Source: the human T2T-CHM13v2.0 reference genome, Homo sapiens. Taken from it: a stretch of DNA of 64,000 nt. Position 1 is the first letter of the stretch; every line of letters begins with the position of its first letter. The DNA is taken from NCBI RefSeq assembly GCF_009914755.1, contig NC_060929.1; one strand, 5' to 3'. Under the pieces are notes generated by a model that made no database searches, was not told the origin of the DNA, and saw nothing but the letters and a program-made list of their open reading frames with translations. This document shows, piece by piece, positions 1-14,484 of the stretch. The position numbers and the translations under genes are program-made.

Positions 1-14
1 CAATCTCCCACATT

Positions 15-604
15 CTTTTTCATACTCAATTAGGACAGAGCTCATCATTTTTGCCCAAACATTTGCCCCTCCTTCTATGTTCTTCTTCAGTTGCTTAAGA
101 TAGAAATGTGCTTTTTTTCTTCTCGTCTAAACATTCTTCTTGTGTGATCCAGGCACATATCTTCCACTAACACCTATATCCTCATAACTACCAAATATAC
201 AGTCTGAAACCCATGATTTTAGAAGCTTGTGTACAACTTCCATTTTTCACTGGAAGGCCCCAGAAATGTATAGAACTGAACATATTCTAAATGCATTAAC
301 TACCTCCCCATTTGTAAAGAGCAATTATAGCAGACAAGTGGATCCACTTGACAGATATCTGGGATTCATTCTTAGTACCTTTTCTTTCTTAACTAACCTC
401 TCCATTCCCATTATCCTGTTGATCAAAACAATCGCCTTTAAATTTTTAGAATCCGTTCCTTTTTCCCCACCCACAGACTTTGCCTTTATTCGGATCATAA
501 ACATTTTTTCCCTAAATTAGAAATAGAAGCAGTTGGTCACCTTGCTTCCAGTCTTGTGTTGCTTACAGTCTGTCCCTTCCACAACCATCAGAGATTTTCC
601 TAAA
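15..604 (+). mobile_element. L2 LINE fragments (decayed, discontinuous)
   Basis: 'catactcaattaggacagagctcatcatttttgcccaaac' resembles the L2 LKLNMSKTELIIF region; 440-604 resembles the downstream L2 3' region. Confidence 0.55.
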
Positions 605-609
605 GGGAT

Positions 610-2225
610 ATTTTAGGTAACACTGTAGTGGCTCTGGATACTGATTTTCTCTTCCCATAAGGGTGTTGTTTGCTTGGTCATTTGTTTATTTGTTTATGAC
701 TTGGCTGAAGTCTATTTCCCCTACAGTGCTTGCCCTCTAATGTTCCCGATCAGATTTTTTTCCCCTTGTTTTTATCTTTTGTCTTTTAATTTAATTTAAT
801 TTAATTTAGTTTAATTTTATTTTATTTTATTTTATTTATTTTTATCTTTTATTGTACCCAGGGCCCAGCATGAGCCTTTTATTTGTCAAAGGTTGTGTGT
901 AAGTCCCTTTGACTAGGTGAGTTTTTAACCTTTCCTGGTGTGTGTGTCTTGCTGGTATACAATTCAGGGGATTTATGTTGGTTTTGTTTGTTTGTTTTGC
1001 ACCCGTGGCTAGCCTGGAGATAGTAGCTTGGAGATTCCCCTTCTGATTGCCTTGAGAGGGCACAACTTGGGAATGCACACAGTCTTCCAGACCTGCCAAG
1101 AATGACTGTGCTGTTATTTTTAAGCCTGGCTTCCTAAGAGTTGCCCCAGGCAAGGTAACTTATTGTTTGATCACTATTTAGTCAGAAGTTGTGCATAAGC
1201 TCCTTATGCCAAAGAGAATTCCACCCAGTGTTGGTGGGTCTATGTGTGGCTTGGGATGTCTTTCCGGTCTGTCCCACCTGCCGTGACTCCTCTTGAGTAG
1301 GAGCAGCCCAGCACATATGCACTGCCTTTCTGACACCAAGAGTTAGCACCCAGCAGTGCTCTCCTGGCTTTCTCTTCATCCAGCTCTCTCCATTAAACTG
1401 GCCACTCTGCCATTTTGTTTGTATCCTGGAGCTACCATAATTGCTCTTCACCAAGTTCTCCATTGCTTCTGACAGTGCCTTTAGGCATGGAGCTTTCCAC
1501 TTTTTGTTATGAATAAGTCAGCCAAGTCAGGCAGAGCTGCAGAGGTTTTTATTCTTAGGGCATTCCTTTCCCCCTGGGAGCAGAGTTCTGCCTTCCCAGA
1601 GTGACACTCTGCTCTTTGACTGGGTACTGGGAAGGAGGGTAGCCCCTGCTCTTCACAGCTTGCACCACCCCCACATGGAAGCTCTGTTTTACAGATGAAT
1701 GCGAGTGTGGGTGATGGGGCCCAGCATTCTCTGTGTGTCATGACTGGACTAGAGCATCTGTCCTACAAGCTGGGGCTGGATGAGGGAGGAGATACCCCAT
1801 CCTGTTGGACTGGAATAAAACTACAACACGGGGATCACGGTGAAGAAAAACACTAGCAGCCTTCTCCTTCCAGGCTAAAATCATGGCCACAGACTACTGG
1901 GAGCTGAGGGAAAGAACTCTGTCCCCACCCCTGTTTCCCCCATCTTCTTGGCTACATAAACAAGGAGAAGCTCTTTTAGAACATGGAACTGCTTGTGAGT
2001 GGAAATGAAGTGAGTCTTGGCTCAAATGTCACAGACTCACTGTTCTTACTGAGATAAAGTAGATTTTCTTGTATGAATGTTTCTGCATTTACCGTATGCC
2101 CTTAGGACATTTTCTAGAACCTCTAAAAGATTGAACTATATATATTTTTCAACAGTTAAACTGTCTTGCTGAGAATGAGCCCCCTCATCTTTGTACTTTA
2201 TCATTCTGGATGTCCCATTCTTCAT
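610..2225 (-). mobile_element. Old L1M 5' UTR/5' end (L1MD/L1M4-like)
   Basis: Reverse-strand L1M 5'-end motifs 'gagagggcacaacttgggaatgcacacagtcttccagacc' and 'agtagattttcttgtatgaatgtttctgcatttaccgtatgcccttagg'. Confidence 0.6.
785..846. repeat. (TTTAA)n/(TTTTA)n microsatellite
   Basis: Pentamer array seen directly. Confidence 0.9.
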
Positions 2226-2787
2226 TTTTTAATATCCCCAGAGTCCTCAAAAAATGAAAGTAATCCAAGTATCTCTCAACTTCTGAGAGGCCCTGGTTGG
2301 CATTCTATAGGCACTCAATCCTTCCTCAAATTAATGAACAAGTAAATGGATGGAACTGATGGATTGTGTAAGAAGGATTGAAGGACAGTGAACAACTTTA
2401 GGAAGATGTTGCCACAGTTGAGTATATTGTGGTCTCTTCTTATGCTCATTTCTCCTCCTCCCTATTTTTAACCAGAGAATTTAGAAATTCAGGCAATTTA
2501 GGAATATTGAGTTTTCATAATCATATCTAGTGATCATAATCTCTGATCACTAGAAAGAGAGGTTCCTCTTCCCAAGGGGCAAGGGTTAGAAGGATGGGAA
2601 TTGTACTGGTACCTCTGCCTCCCAACTCTTACCTCAGTTCATTGTTCACACGTCTGTCTCCCTAAGCTTTTTGTGTGCGGCAGCAATGACATTATCCGTG
2701 TATTCACAGCATTCCACCCTGTGTTCCCCAGAAAGCAACAGAGTTGGAACCATCAATGTAACGAAAGCAAGCCAAAACGCCCTCCTA

Positions 2788-2972
2788 TTCGGGGCCTGTT
2801 CTGGGGTGGGGGGAGGGGGGAGGGATAGCATTAGGAGATATACCTAATGTTAAATGATGAGTTAATAGGTGCATCACACCAACATGGCACATATATATAT
2901 GTAACAAACCTGCACATTGTGCACGTGTACCCTAAAACTTAAAGTATAATTTAAAAAAAAAAGAAAAAAAAA
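2788..2972 (+). mobile_element. L1PA3-5 3' UTR end, heavily 5'-truncated, with poly(A) and TSD
   Basis: G-tract then GATAGCATTAGGAGATATACCTAATG...CCTAAAACTTAAAGTATAAT and poly(A); degenerate TSD at 2764-2787 / 2970-2994. Confidence 0.95.
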
Positions 2973-3569
2973 GTGACCCCAAAACACCCTCCTAAATCTG
3001 AAAACTACAATTCTTTGGGGGAGCTTAGTGCCTTTGTGGTGATATATTAACTCTGCCCTGGCAGAGATGAAGGGAAGGATGGATGTCAAAAGGGGCCCAT
3101 TGAAGTTTACAAAAACGCCCTTTCAGAAAAATATATGGCTGGTCTGTACCTCTATTTAATATGGCTTGTCCCATGTCATGAGTATCCTTGATTGATGCAA
3201 TGGGGAAAATGTGTGATTTACGAATCATTTCCACTAACAAGAACCGCCAAATTATCCTATGGCAGTCTGTTATAAGGCATAGCGAATCATTCATTTCCTC
3301 TTGATACCAGTCTTTGAAGTCGAGGGACATCCACATAGGATAAAATTAGACTGAAGTTACTGCTGAAAAACATTCAATACTTTTATCACTCCCACCCTGT
3401 CCCCTGCTAATTGCTTGCCATTGTTGTTTATGAATATTGGAGATTAAGAGTAAGTGGACAAGAGCCACATGTGTAAGTTACCTTTTATTTTTAGAATTAA
3501 AATGTTCCTTTTTCAGGACTGGGATATTTCACACTCTGTTATTTATTTCAGTTATTTACCTGGAAACCT

Positions 3570-4340
<771 letters not shown>

Positions 4341-4471
4341 TCTAATCTATACATCACCAAATCAATTTTCAGTTAGAAAGTGATAAGCTTAGTGTTAAGC
4401 TATGTTTGAAAAAGTACTATGCCTTTCTCTGATGAGTGTGGATAATCAATACTCACAACGACATACTTCCT

Positions 4472-4960
4472 TTTTAAAAAAAATTTCAGGTACAATTGAG
4501 ATACAATTTATAACTGTACATACTTACATTATAAAATTTGTTAAAGTTTGACTTATGTAAACACCTGTGAAACCATAATCTCAATTAAGATAATAAATAT
4601 ATCCACCACACCCAAAGTTTCCTCCTGTTTCTTTGTAATATCTTCCTTCTGCCTCTTTCTGCTTCCTTGTTTCCATTCATACCCCACAACTCCAGGCAGG
4701 CAGTGATCTGCTTTCTGTCACTATAGATTATTGCTGAGTTATTTTTATTGCTGAGTAGTATTACACTGTAATAAGATATCACAATTTGTTCATTAAGTTG
4801 CTGATATAGGTTGTTTTCAGTTTTGGGGGTATTACAAGTAACGCTGATATGAACACTTAAGTACAAGTGTTTGTGAAAGCATCTGACTTTACTGCTCTTC
4901 AGTAAATAACCAGGAGTGGAATTATCTGGCCATTTGGTAGGTATATGCTTAACATTTTAA
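4472..4960 (-). mobile_element. Old L1 (L1MC/L1MD-like) 3' end
   Basis: 'tgatctgctttctgtcactatagatta', 'ttttattgctgagtagtatt', 'caggagtggaatt' are reverse L1M 3'-end motifs. Confidence 0.75.
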
Positions 4961-4961
4961 C

Positions 4962-7312
4962 AGGAAGGGTGACACAAACAAAATGGCAGAGTAAGAGTAT
5001 TCAACCCTCATCTTCTTATAGAAACATTGATTGTAAAAACCACTCACAGATGAGAGTAACTTTTTGTGAGTCTGAGAGTCCAGTGAAGAAAATCCAGCAC
5101 CTCTTTGAAGCAAAAACCCAAGAATAAATGCATTGAAGAAGGTTAGAAGAACAGTTTCACATTACCTGTATCACACTTCCCCCAACCTGGCACAGCTCAT
5201 TGCCAAGAGAGACCCCTCAAGCCTGCAATTTCTTCTATGGAGGAGAGTGAAAGCACAGTGAATGCTGGATTTCTATGACCATGAGGGACACTGCCCAAGA
5301 GGCATCTTTCTCACCTCATCCTGAACATGGAGGAATTTGGCTTGGTTAAATAGTCTGGAGGCAGCTAGGAGCAGGGAAAATGGGGGTTTTCATAGCAACT
5401 GGGGCGAGAAACTCAACAAAGAGCCGTGGTTTCTAGTAACTACCTCATGAACACTACCAAGAGGCAAGCTCTCTAACTTCACAGGACACATCATCTGTAG
5501 ACGCTTTCAACTAGCTCACATGTTCCCTCAGCACTCCATGTGCCCGCACCCCCACCTTGCCCTCACTGTGACTGGGGCCCTACATCCATTCCTACAGATG
5601 ATGTGTGCAGACTTCTGCAGATCATGCACAGGCACATGCTGACAGCTGGCTCAACTCTGCTAGTTTGAGAGAAAGCCCTTAACCTTAATGACTTCAAGGG
5701 ACTTCTCTGGGGAAAATAAATGGGGGACCATTAGTGCCCAGCCTGGCATTTCAGGATCAAGAGAAGGCATACAATACTAAGATTCCCCTTTCCCCAACTA
5801 AGAAGCAATAAAAGAAATGGAGTGGGTGCATCCATAGATAAGGTCTGTGAGATTCCCAGAATTCCTAATCAGTCAGACTGGTGTTTCACTCCCAAAGCCA
5901 GCCAGTAAAGACTGGAGGTGATCGTTTCTTCAAAAGTGAAGATAGTAGTGCAAGAATTCAAAGAACATGAAAAATCAAAGATATATGACACCTTTATCAA
6001 AGGAACACAAGTTTTTAGTAACCAACCCCAAAGAAATGGAGACCTACAAATATCCTGAAAAAATTTCAAAACAGTTGTTTTAAGTTAGTTTACTGAGCTA
6101 CAAGGAAACATGGGCAGACAAATAAATAAAATTAGGAAAACAATAACTGAGCCAGACAAGAATTCAACAAAGAAGTAGAAGTCATAAAGAAGAACCAAAT
6201 AAAAATTTTGGAGTTAAAGAATACAATGAATAAAATGCAAACTTCAGTAGATCTTCAACGGCAGACTTGACCAAACAGAAGAATCTCTGAACTGGATGAC
6301 AGGTTATTTGAAAGTATCTAGTCAGATGAGAAGAAAGAAAAAAGAATTAAAAAGAATGAAGAAAACTACTATGGTTTTACTGCAGCCGCCAAAAATCATG
6401 TGTTGGAAACTTAATCCCTAATACAAAAATGTTGGGAGATGGGACCTAAGGAGAGGTATTTACTTCATGAGGTCATTAGATTCACCCTCATGAATAGATT
6501 AGTGCTGATAATAAAAAATATTGAGGCTGTAAATTAAGTATTTCACTCTCTCTTGCTCATGTGATGCCTTTTACTATGTTATGACACAGCAAGAAGGCCC
6601 TCACAAGATGTAGCCCCTCAATCTTGGACTTCCCAGCCTCCAGTACTGTGAGCCAAATAAACTTCTGTTCATTATAAATTATCCAGTCTCAGGAATTATG
6701 TTATAGCAATGCAAAATGAACAAAGACAAAATCCTATGAGATTCATAGGAAATCATCAAGCAAAATTATATATGTATATGAGAATCCTAGAAGAAGAAGG
6801 AAGGAAGGGACACAAAGCTTATTTAAAAAAAAAATGGCTGAAAACTTCCCAAATCCTGGGAAAGATATGAGCATCTAGGTTCATGAAGTTCAAAGGTCCT
6901 GAAGCAGAATCTACCCAAAAAGATTACACAGAGACATATTATATCAAACTACCAAAAGTCAAAGAAAAATCATTTTGAAAGCAGCAAGAAAAAAGCAACT
7001 TGTCATATAAGAAATGCCTACAAGGCTATCAGTAGATTTTTCAGCAGAAAGCAGGCGGGAAGAGAGTGGGATGGTATATAGGAAGTGCAGAAAGGAAAAA
7101 GACATCCATCCAAAAATACTGTACCTGGAAAAGCTGTCCATCAGAAATGAAGGAGAGATAAACACTTCTCCATACAAACAGAAACTGAGGGAATTCATCA
7201 CCACTAGACCTGCCTTACAAAATATTGTTGTTTAAGTTCAAATAAAAGAATGCTAATTAGTAACATAAAAGCAAATGAAAGTATAAAATGCACTGGTAAA
7301 GTAAATATGTAT
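4962..7312 (+). mobile_element. L1M2/L1M3-like 5' UTR plus decayed ORF1, 3' part missing
   Basis: Starts 'gtgacacaaacaaaatggcagagtaagag' (AAGATGGCGGA-like); ORF 7014-7235 encodes the ORF1p C-terminus ('RLSVDFSAE...[15 protein letters not shown]'). Confidence 0.85.
6367..6728 (+). mobile_element. MSTC/MSTD-like MaLR solo LTR inserted in L1 ORF1
   Basis: Begins 'tactatggttt...catgtgttggaaacttaatccc', contains 'cttggacttcccagcctccag', ends 'aagaca'; 5-bp TSD aaaac/aaatc. Confidence 0.85.
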
Positions 7313-7349
7313 CAGGTTGAGGAAATTCCCTGCTCTGCTAGTTGGTTGA

Positions 7350-7712
<363 letters not shown>

Positions 7713-9237
7713 AGATTTTGTCACATTCTGTATCTGCCTCTATGAGATGATCATTTGGCCTTTCTCCTTTGGCTTCTCAATTTGGTGAAATGTGTTATTT
7801 CTAAATGTTAAACCAACTTTGCATTGCTGGGACAAAATTCACCTTACCATGTTATATTATCCTTCTTACTAGTGAATTCAATTTGCTAAAATTTAATAAG
7901 AAATTTTGTTTTTTCTTTCATGAGCAATATTGGTTTATAATTTTCTTGTTTTGTAATGCCTTTAAGTATCAGAATAATTTTTGCTTTACAGCATGAGTAA
8001 GAATATATTCCCTTTTCTTTAGTATTCTGGAATCATTTGTAGAATCATTGCTATTTCTTTGTTAAGTATTTAATAGAATTTGCCAGTGATGCCATCTAAA
8101 TGTGAAGATTTTTGTGTGGTGGAAAAGATTTTAAATAAAAATTCAACTTCTTTGATAAGATATAGAGCTATTGAAATTATCTATTTCTTTTTGGGTGAGC
8201 TTTGATATTTTGGGTCTTTCAAGAAATGTATGCATTTCATTTAAATAGTTAAATTCATTGGCATAAAATAATTAACATATTCTTATTATTTTCATGTCAG
8301 TAAAATCATAGTGATGTCGCATGTCTTATTTCTGATATTGATAATTTCTATTTTCTTCCATTTGTTTCATTTATTTTCTCAGTTGTTTTCTGTTTTTTGT
8401 TCATTGATTTCTACTCTAATCTTTATTATTTCTTTTCTTCTGCTTATTTTGTGTTTAATTTTCTCCTCTTTTTCTAATTTCTTAAGGTAGAAGCTGTGGT
8501 AATTTATTTGGTAATTCTCTTTTTTCTAATATAGATGTTTAGTGATATAAATTTTAGTACTGCTTTTGTGACATTCATTATTTTTGAAATGTGTTATTTT
8601 CATTTTGTTCAAAGCAACTAATAACTTCTTTTTTGATTTTATCTTTAACTCATAGATTATTTAGAAATGTGTTAGTTAATTTCTAATTATTTAGGGATTT
8701 CCCAAATACCTTTCTGTTGTTGATTTGTAACTTAATTCCACTGTGGTTCAAGAACTTACTGTGTATAATTTTAATCCTTTTAACTATATTGAGGATTGTT
8801 TTATTGCCCAGAATATAGTCTGTTTTTTGAAACTGTTCCATGTGCACTTGAAAAGACAGTATATTTTGATGTTTTGGGTGTTGTGTTCCATAAATGTCAG
8901 TTAGATCTAGTTGGCCAATAGTGTTGCTCAAACTTTCTATATCTTTACTAATTTTCTGTCTATTCGTTAGATCAATTATTGCAAAATGAATGTTGAAACC
9001 TGTAACTGTAATTTTGGTTTAATGTGTTTCTCTTTGTAGTTTTATACACTTTCCTTCATGCATTTTCCAGCATGAATATATAGGTGCATGAATATATAGG
9101 ATTATTATACCTTTTTAATGTATTAACCCTTTTGCTATTACGAAATGAGCCTCTTTTTTCCTGGTAATTTTTTTTCTTGAAGCCTATTTTGCCTGATATT
9201 AATATAGACTTTATTATTTTGATGAGTGTTAGCATGA

Positions 9238-9574
<337 letters not shown>

Positions 9575-10294
9575 AACAAATTAATGTCTTGTTCATTCTT
9601 CCAGCTTCATAAACATATGCAATATAATTACTGTTTCATTATTCTTATCTATTAAGGTTATCATTCTATAATTTCTAAATCAGCTTTGTTTCACTCCTTA
9701 TTATAAGTTATATTTTCCTGCCTCTTTGCATGCATCATAATTTTTAAGTGGATGCCATACATTCTGAATCTTACTTTGTTAGGTGTTTGATACTTCTTAT
9801 ATTCTTATAAATACCATTGAACTTTGCTCTGTGATGCAGTTTGTTTAGGTGGAAACAGTTTGATCATTTTAGGTATTGCATTAAAACTTTGTTAGGTAGT
9901 ATAAAAGCCACATTTAGTTTAGGGCAAATTTTACCCTGCTGCTAAGGCAAAACCCTTATGGGGTTATTCTACCTAATGACCCATGTATTAAGAGATTTTT
10001 CACTCTGGCTGATAGGAGCGGGAATTGTATATGTTCCCATTTCAGCTGCAGGGATTATTTCTACTCATTCTTCTAGGTGCTTTCTTTTCTGAACTTGGGT
10101 TGGTTCCTTACACAGTGCTTATCTGATCAGTGCTTAACTGAATACTCAAGAAAGACTGCAAATTTCTGGAGTCATCTGGCTATGCAGCTCTCTCCTCTCT
10201 GGTACTCTCCCCTGCAAGTTTGAACCAACTTGTCTCCTTGAACTCCTAACTTCATGTGAACTCAGGGAGACTACTAGGCTCTGCCTCCTCTCTC

Positions 10295-10743
10295 TCAGCA
10301 GGGTCCTTTAGGAAGAAAATGTTGAGACAGAGCTAGGATTACAAGAGACTTATTAGTAGATATAAACTGTGAAAGATAATAATGGAGAAACAGGAGAATT
10401 ATAGTAAAGGTTTCAGACTGCATGAAGATATGACATCTAAAAAGGAAAGTGGAGTGGAAGCAGGATTGGGCAGTGAGAGATTTAAACCACAAGACAGGTC
10501 TAATAAGGTTTCAACCATTCAGTCATGATCTGTAAAGCAAAGACTGCCTGTTAGAGGAGTCTCACACTTGAAGAAGTGGCCAGACCCGTTCTTTCTTTGT
10601 CTGGGTGCTACTTGGGAAGAACATGGTCTGGCTGAAAAGTTGAAGTGGAACCTGAAGACACTTAGAACTGTAAACTTTGGAGATAAATAAGCAAATTATT
10701 TTTCTAAGGGAGATCAAAACAGCATACCTCCACAACCACCATA
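10295..10743 (-). mobile_element. LTR16A/B-like ERVL solo LTR
   Basis: 'gaagcaggattgggcagtgagag', 'aaagactgcctgttagaggagtctcac' and 'gggagatc...cagcatacctcc' match reverse LTR16. Confidence 0.7.
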
Positions 10744-10851
10744 GTTGCATTTTATTGAAGTAATTTTAGCTTCTCTTGGTGGAAAATGATCATTAAAACT
10801 AAATATCTACTTTGTTGTGTCATACCACACATTCTGTATTGATTAAACCAA

Positions 10852-10972
10852 CAATTATCCAATAAGAATATATTGGGTGCTTGCTACATCCTTAACACTG
10901 TTCTAGGCAGTGGGAATATAGTGTTGAATATACATTGTACCTCCTCTCATGGAGCTTACATTCCACTGGGAA
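10852..10972 (-). mobile_element. L2 3' end
   Basis: 'cactgttctaggcagtgggaatatag...ctcatggagcttacattccactggg'. Confidence 0.7.
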
Positions 10973-12834
10973 TGTACTCAGTTGAGCCATGAAGTTTTGG
11001 CTTTAGGTATTATTCACCTAGCAAGGCATACATACTAAGCTTGAGCTTTCTGGGGACTTAAACCTACTCAGCAGAAGAGGTCTCTAGGCAGACTCCTAGG
11101 GAGTGTTAACAGCAAGCACACACTACTTCTTCCTCCCTCATTCTGCTGCTCCCAGCCTCAACTGAAGAGCTGCCTCTGAAAAAATGTTTAAGCTCACCCA
11201 AAACCGGGGCTTACCTTCCTGGATAGTGAAGGAAAGCATTCTGGCATTTACTAATGTAAGCTTGGCTTCCTCTGAGAATCTGTACTTCTGGTCTTGGAAC
11301 AAAGCCTAGGTCCTGTTCCACAGGCTGTGACCTGGCTTCATAACAGGGTTCAAATGCCAGTATGTTCAGAGCTCAACTTGGGCTGAGGCTGCTCACATTC
11401 CCTGATAGGTATTCATTTTGTAATGTCAAGCTGCCAATGCTTTTAATTCCATTCCAAAAGGTAAAAATTTATCAATTTTATTTCCCTGGCCCAATTACAC
11501 ACAAAATCTGCGATTTAACAGAACTGTTCTCATTTGTTTAAAAAAGGAATACTGTGGGACTAACGAGGAATTGTAGGCAAGAAAAACTTATTAAAATGTG
11601 TAGCATGAATAAGTGCTTTGTAATTCAATATTGCTTTTAGTTTTCCAATTCATTTGCTATAAAGTAAGGTGTAAATAGAACTGGCCATTTGAGAGGACAT
11701 AGTTCTTTAAGAATTGGAATCTATTTTTGAAAGCTAAACATGTAAGTCATTATGATAAAAATCAGCTTTTGAGGGACAGAATATTTTGAGATTAATTTCC
11801 ACCGATAATAGCCAATCAAGTCTAACAGGTTTGTTCCTCTCTTCATGCTTTAAAACTTTTCTCTCTCACTCAGCCACTAACCTAGCTGGAAAGAGATGTC
11901 AGTGAATGATCAAAGCTGTACTAATGCAATTTTCTACCAACATTTAGTTTCATATCATTTAGGGGCAGAGGGAATATGGTTTTACAACATTTGGGAGCTA
12001 CAGATAATCTGGGCTCTGTGGAGACGCAGTGCTCTAAGATCCTGATCTTTGGCAGAATCGGGAATTGATGAGGGCCTGGGATATTCAGCTGGAAAGACCT
12101 CCACCCTGATCAGGTTATTCGCCTTCCACTCCTCCTCAAGCCCCAAGCAACAATGCAAACATTGATTGGCTTCTTTTGTACACAGGTTTTGGGCAACGCT
12201 GCCGAGTTGCAGTTTGGTATATAGAAGAAGACTGAGCCCCCCTGAATCTCAAACCTATGAAGAAATTTCAGTCACCATTCAAATTGCTGAGACAGAGGAA
12301 TATATTTTCTGTCATCCAGACCTCTCTTTGTAGTTTGACATGATGTGTATTATTTTAGTGTATTTATTTATGAGGAAAACAGATTTCAGGGTTTTTAATA
12401 GGTCTTCAGCAGGAAGACAGCCTTTTATTATATCAATACAATAAAATGTAGCAAATTTTGGCAGCTCTATGAATGCCATTAGCCAGAGCACATGATAGAG
12501 AAATCCCGTGTGGTGTGGATGGGGTGGGGTGAGCGTGGAAGGTTTTACTGAAGATGAGATATTTTAAATAAGAGTTAGGCCATTGTTGGTGAGTGGTGAG
12601 AGAGTTTCAGGTAGAGGGAACACTCTGCTATGTTAAGTGATAGAAAGCATGATGTTTTTGAGGAGCTAAAAAACAACACGGCTGTGAATGAAGAGAATAG
12701 TGCAAGGTGAAGAAGCAAGGCAAAGCCAGAGAGGTAGGAAGCAGATCATACAGGATTTTTCAATCCAGATTAAGATTTTGGCTTGAATCTTTTCTTCCTC
12801 CCCATCCACCCCCACCCTTTGCAAAATATTTTCT

Positions 12835-13032
12835 TTAAATGATTCACCACTCTGAGCACTTGATATTTATTAAGTTATTTATTTCCCACAACAATCTAAT
12901 GAGATAGATATTATTATCTGTCCCATTTTACAGTTAAGAAAACAGGTCAGGAAGGTTGAATAACTTATTCGGAGTCACATGGCTACTGAGCGGTGGAGGT
13001 GGGCTTTCAGTTTAGGTAGTATGCTTCCAAGA
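12835..13032 (-). mobile_element. MIR SINE
   Basis: Reverse MIR core 'tattatctgtcccattttacagttaagaaaacagg...taacttattcggagtcacatggct'. Confidence 0.8.
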
Positions 13033-13227
13033 ACAACAGGATGCAGTAAAGGATTTTAAGTAGAGGAGAGATGCCATCAGTTCCATTCTTAAAGAGATTT
13101 CTCTAGCCAAAATGTGGAGAAGGGATCTGGTAAGAGTAGGTGGACCAGTCAGGTGTGTATTGTAGTATTCTAGATAAGAGATGATGGTGCCAAGAGTGTG
13201 GATGTGACAGAGGATATGGAGAGATGA

Positions 13228-13521
<294 letters not shown>

Positions 13522-14484
13522 AATCCTCCTGTAGATAATATAGATATTAACTAAAGCCATTGAAGGAAATGAAGTTACTTAAAGAGAGTGTAGACTGAGA
13601 AGAGAAAAAGGTCAAGGACACAAGAATTGAGTGGAAAAGAAAAACAAAATCTATTTATACATTGGATAAATCCATAGGGTTGCCTTTTATACCACAATCT
13701 ATTTTCTGAATTATGAAATACTGACTGCGATTTGTGAGAACCAGATTTATAATGAGAATTTAAATCTTGGATGCATGGCACCTTAAAAAGCAAATAGGTC
13801 CCAATGGTCCTTGCTGCGGTCATGCAACTGAATGCCTTGCATGTTGGTCTTATCTATGATGTTTCTTGTCGTTGCAGAATAAGGATTAATTGTATTCACT
13901 ATTCTGGAGTAGCTATGGCTGATAAAGATTAATGATTAATGCCCCATATCACAAAGGACAGATTTTTTATTTGTTTGTTTTCCTTTCTCTTACATCAAAG
14001 GCTCCCTATTCTCTGGAAAATGTCTTCCATTCAAAATGTGAAATTTTGTATGTTGTGAAATACTGTATTTACTACATTTTAAAAAGTTTACTGTGTAAAT
14101 ATGGGCAAAATGCTTATTGTGTGCACACATGTAAATGTGTAGGAGGTTTGGGAAGCAGATGACAACAGATGGGGACATGCCCTGGCATATTAATCAGCAC
14201 CATTCTGTACGGGCACTCACAGAGACTCGATAAATACTTTCAGATTTGATTAATAGATCGGAAGATATGATTCTTGTGTGTTCTACAATCACATTCACCA
14301 TCCGTTCATTACTTCATTGGCCACCATTCATTGCTCCATTTAGTAAAAAATCTACCATGTTATAGACATTTCTCTTTTGAGTTTGACCAATGATCAAATA
14401 TGATGTATGTATGACACACTTAAGCAGAAATAAATCTTGAATATGTTTAAATATACACTCACTTGTGTTGCTAAAATGATAAAG

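Noticed and set aside
2633-3366. Decayed coding exon on the minus strand (donor GAG|GTAAGA at 2633, 103-aa ORF) and a trypsin-like 'LCPGRDEGKDGCQ' on the plus strand
   Set aside because: No protein family recognisable in any frame after removing the L1; the GDSGGP motif is absent and there are multiple stops. A tblastx against mammalian proteomes would settle it
9070-9100. 16-bp tandem duplication (another at 55219-55250)
   Set aside because: Ordinary slippage duplications inside L1; two copies without spacers, so not CRISPR-like or a functional array
11210-11405. Minus-strand exon-like segment with donor AAG|GTAAGC; similar donors near 38277 and 59022
   Set aside because: A few AGGTAAG matches per strand are expected by chance in 64 kb; stops in all frames and no recognisable product
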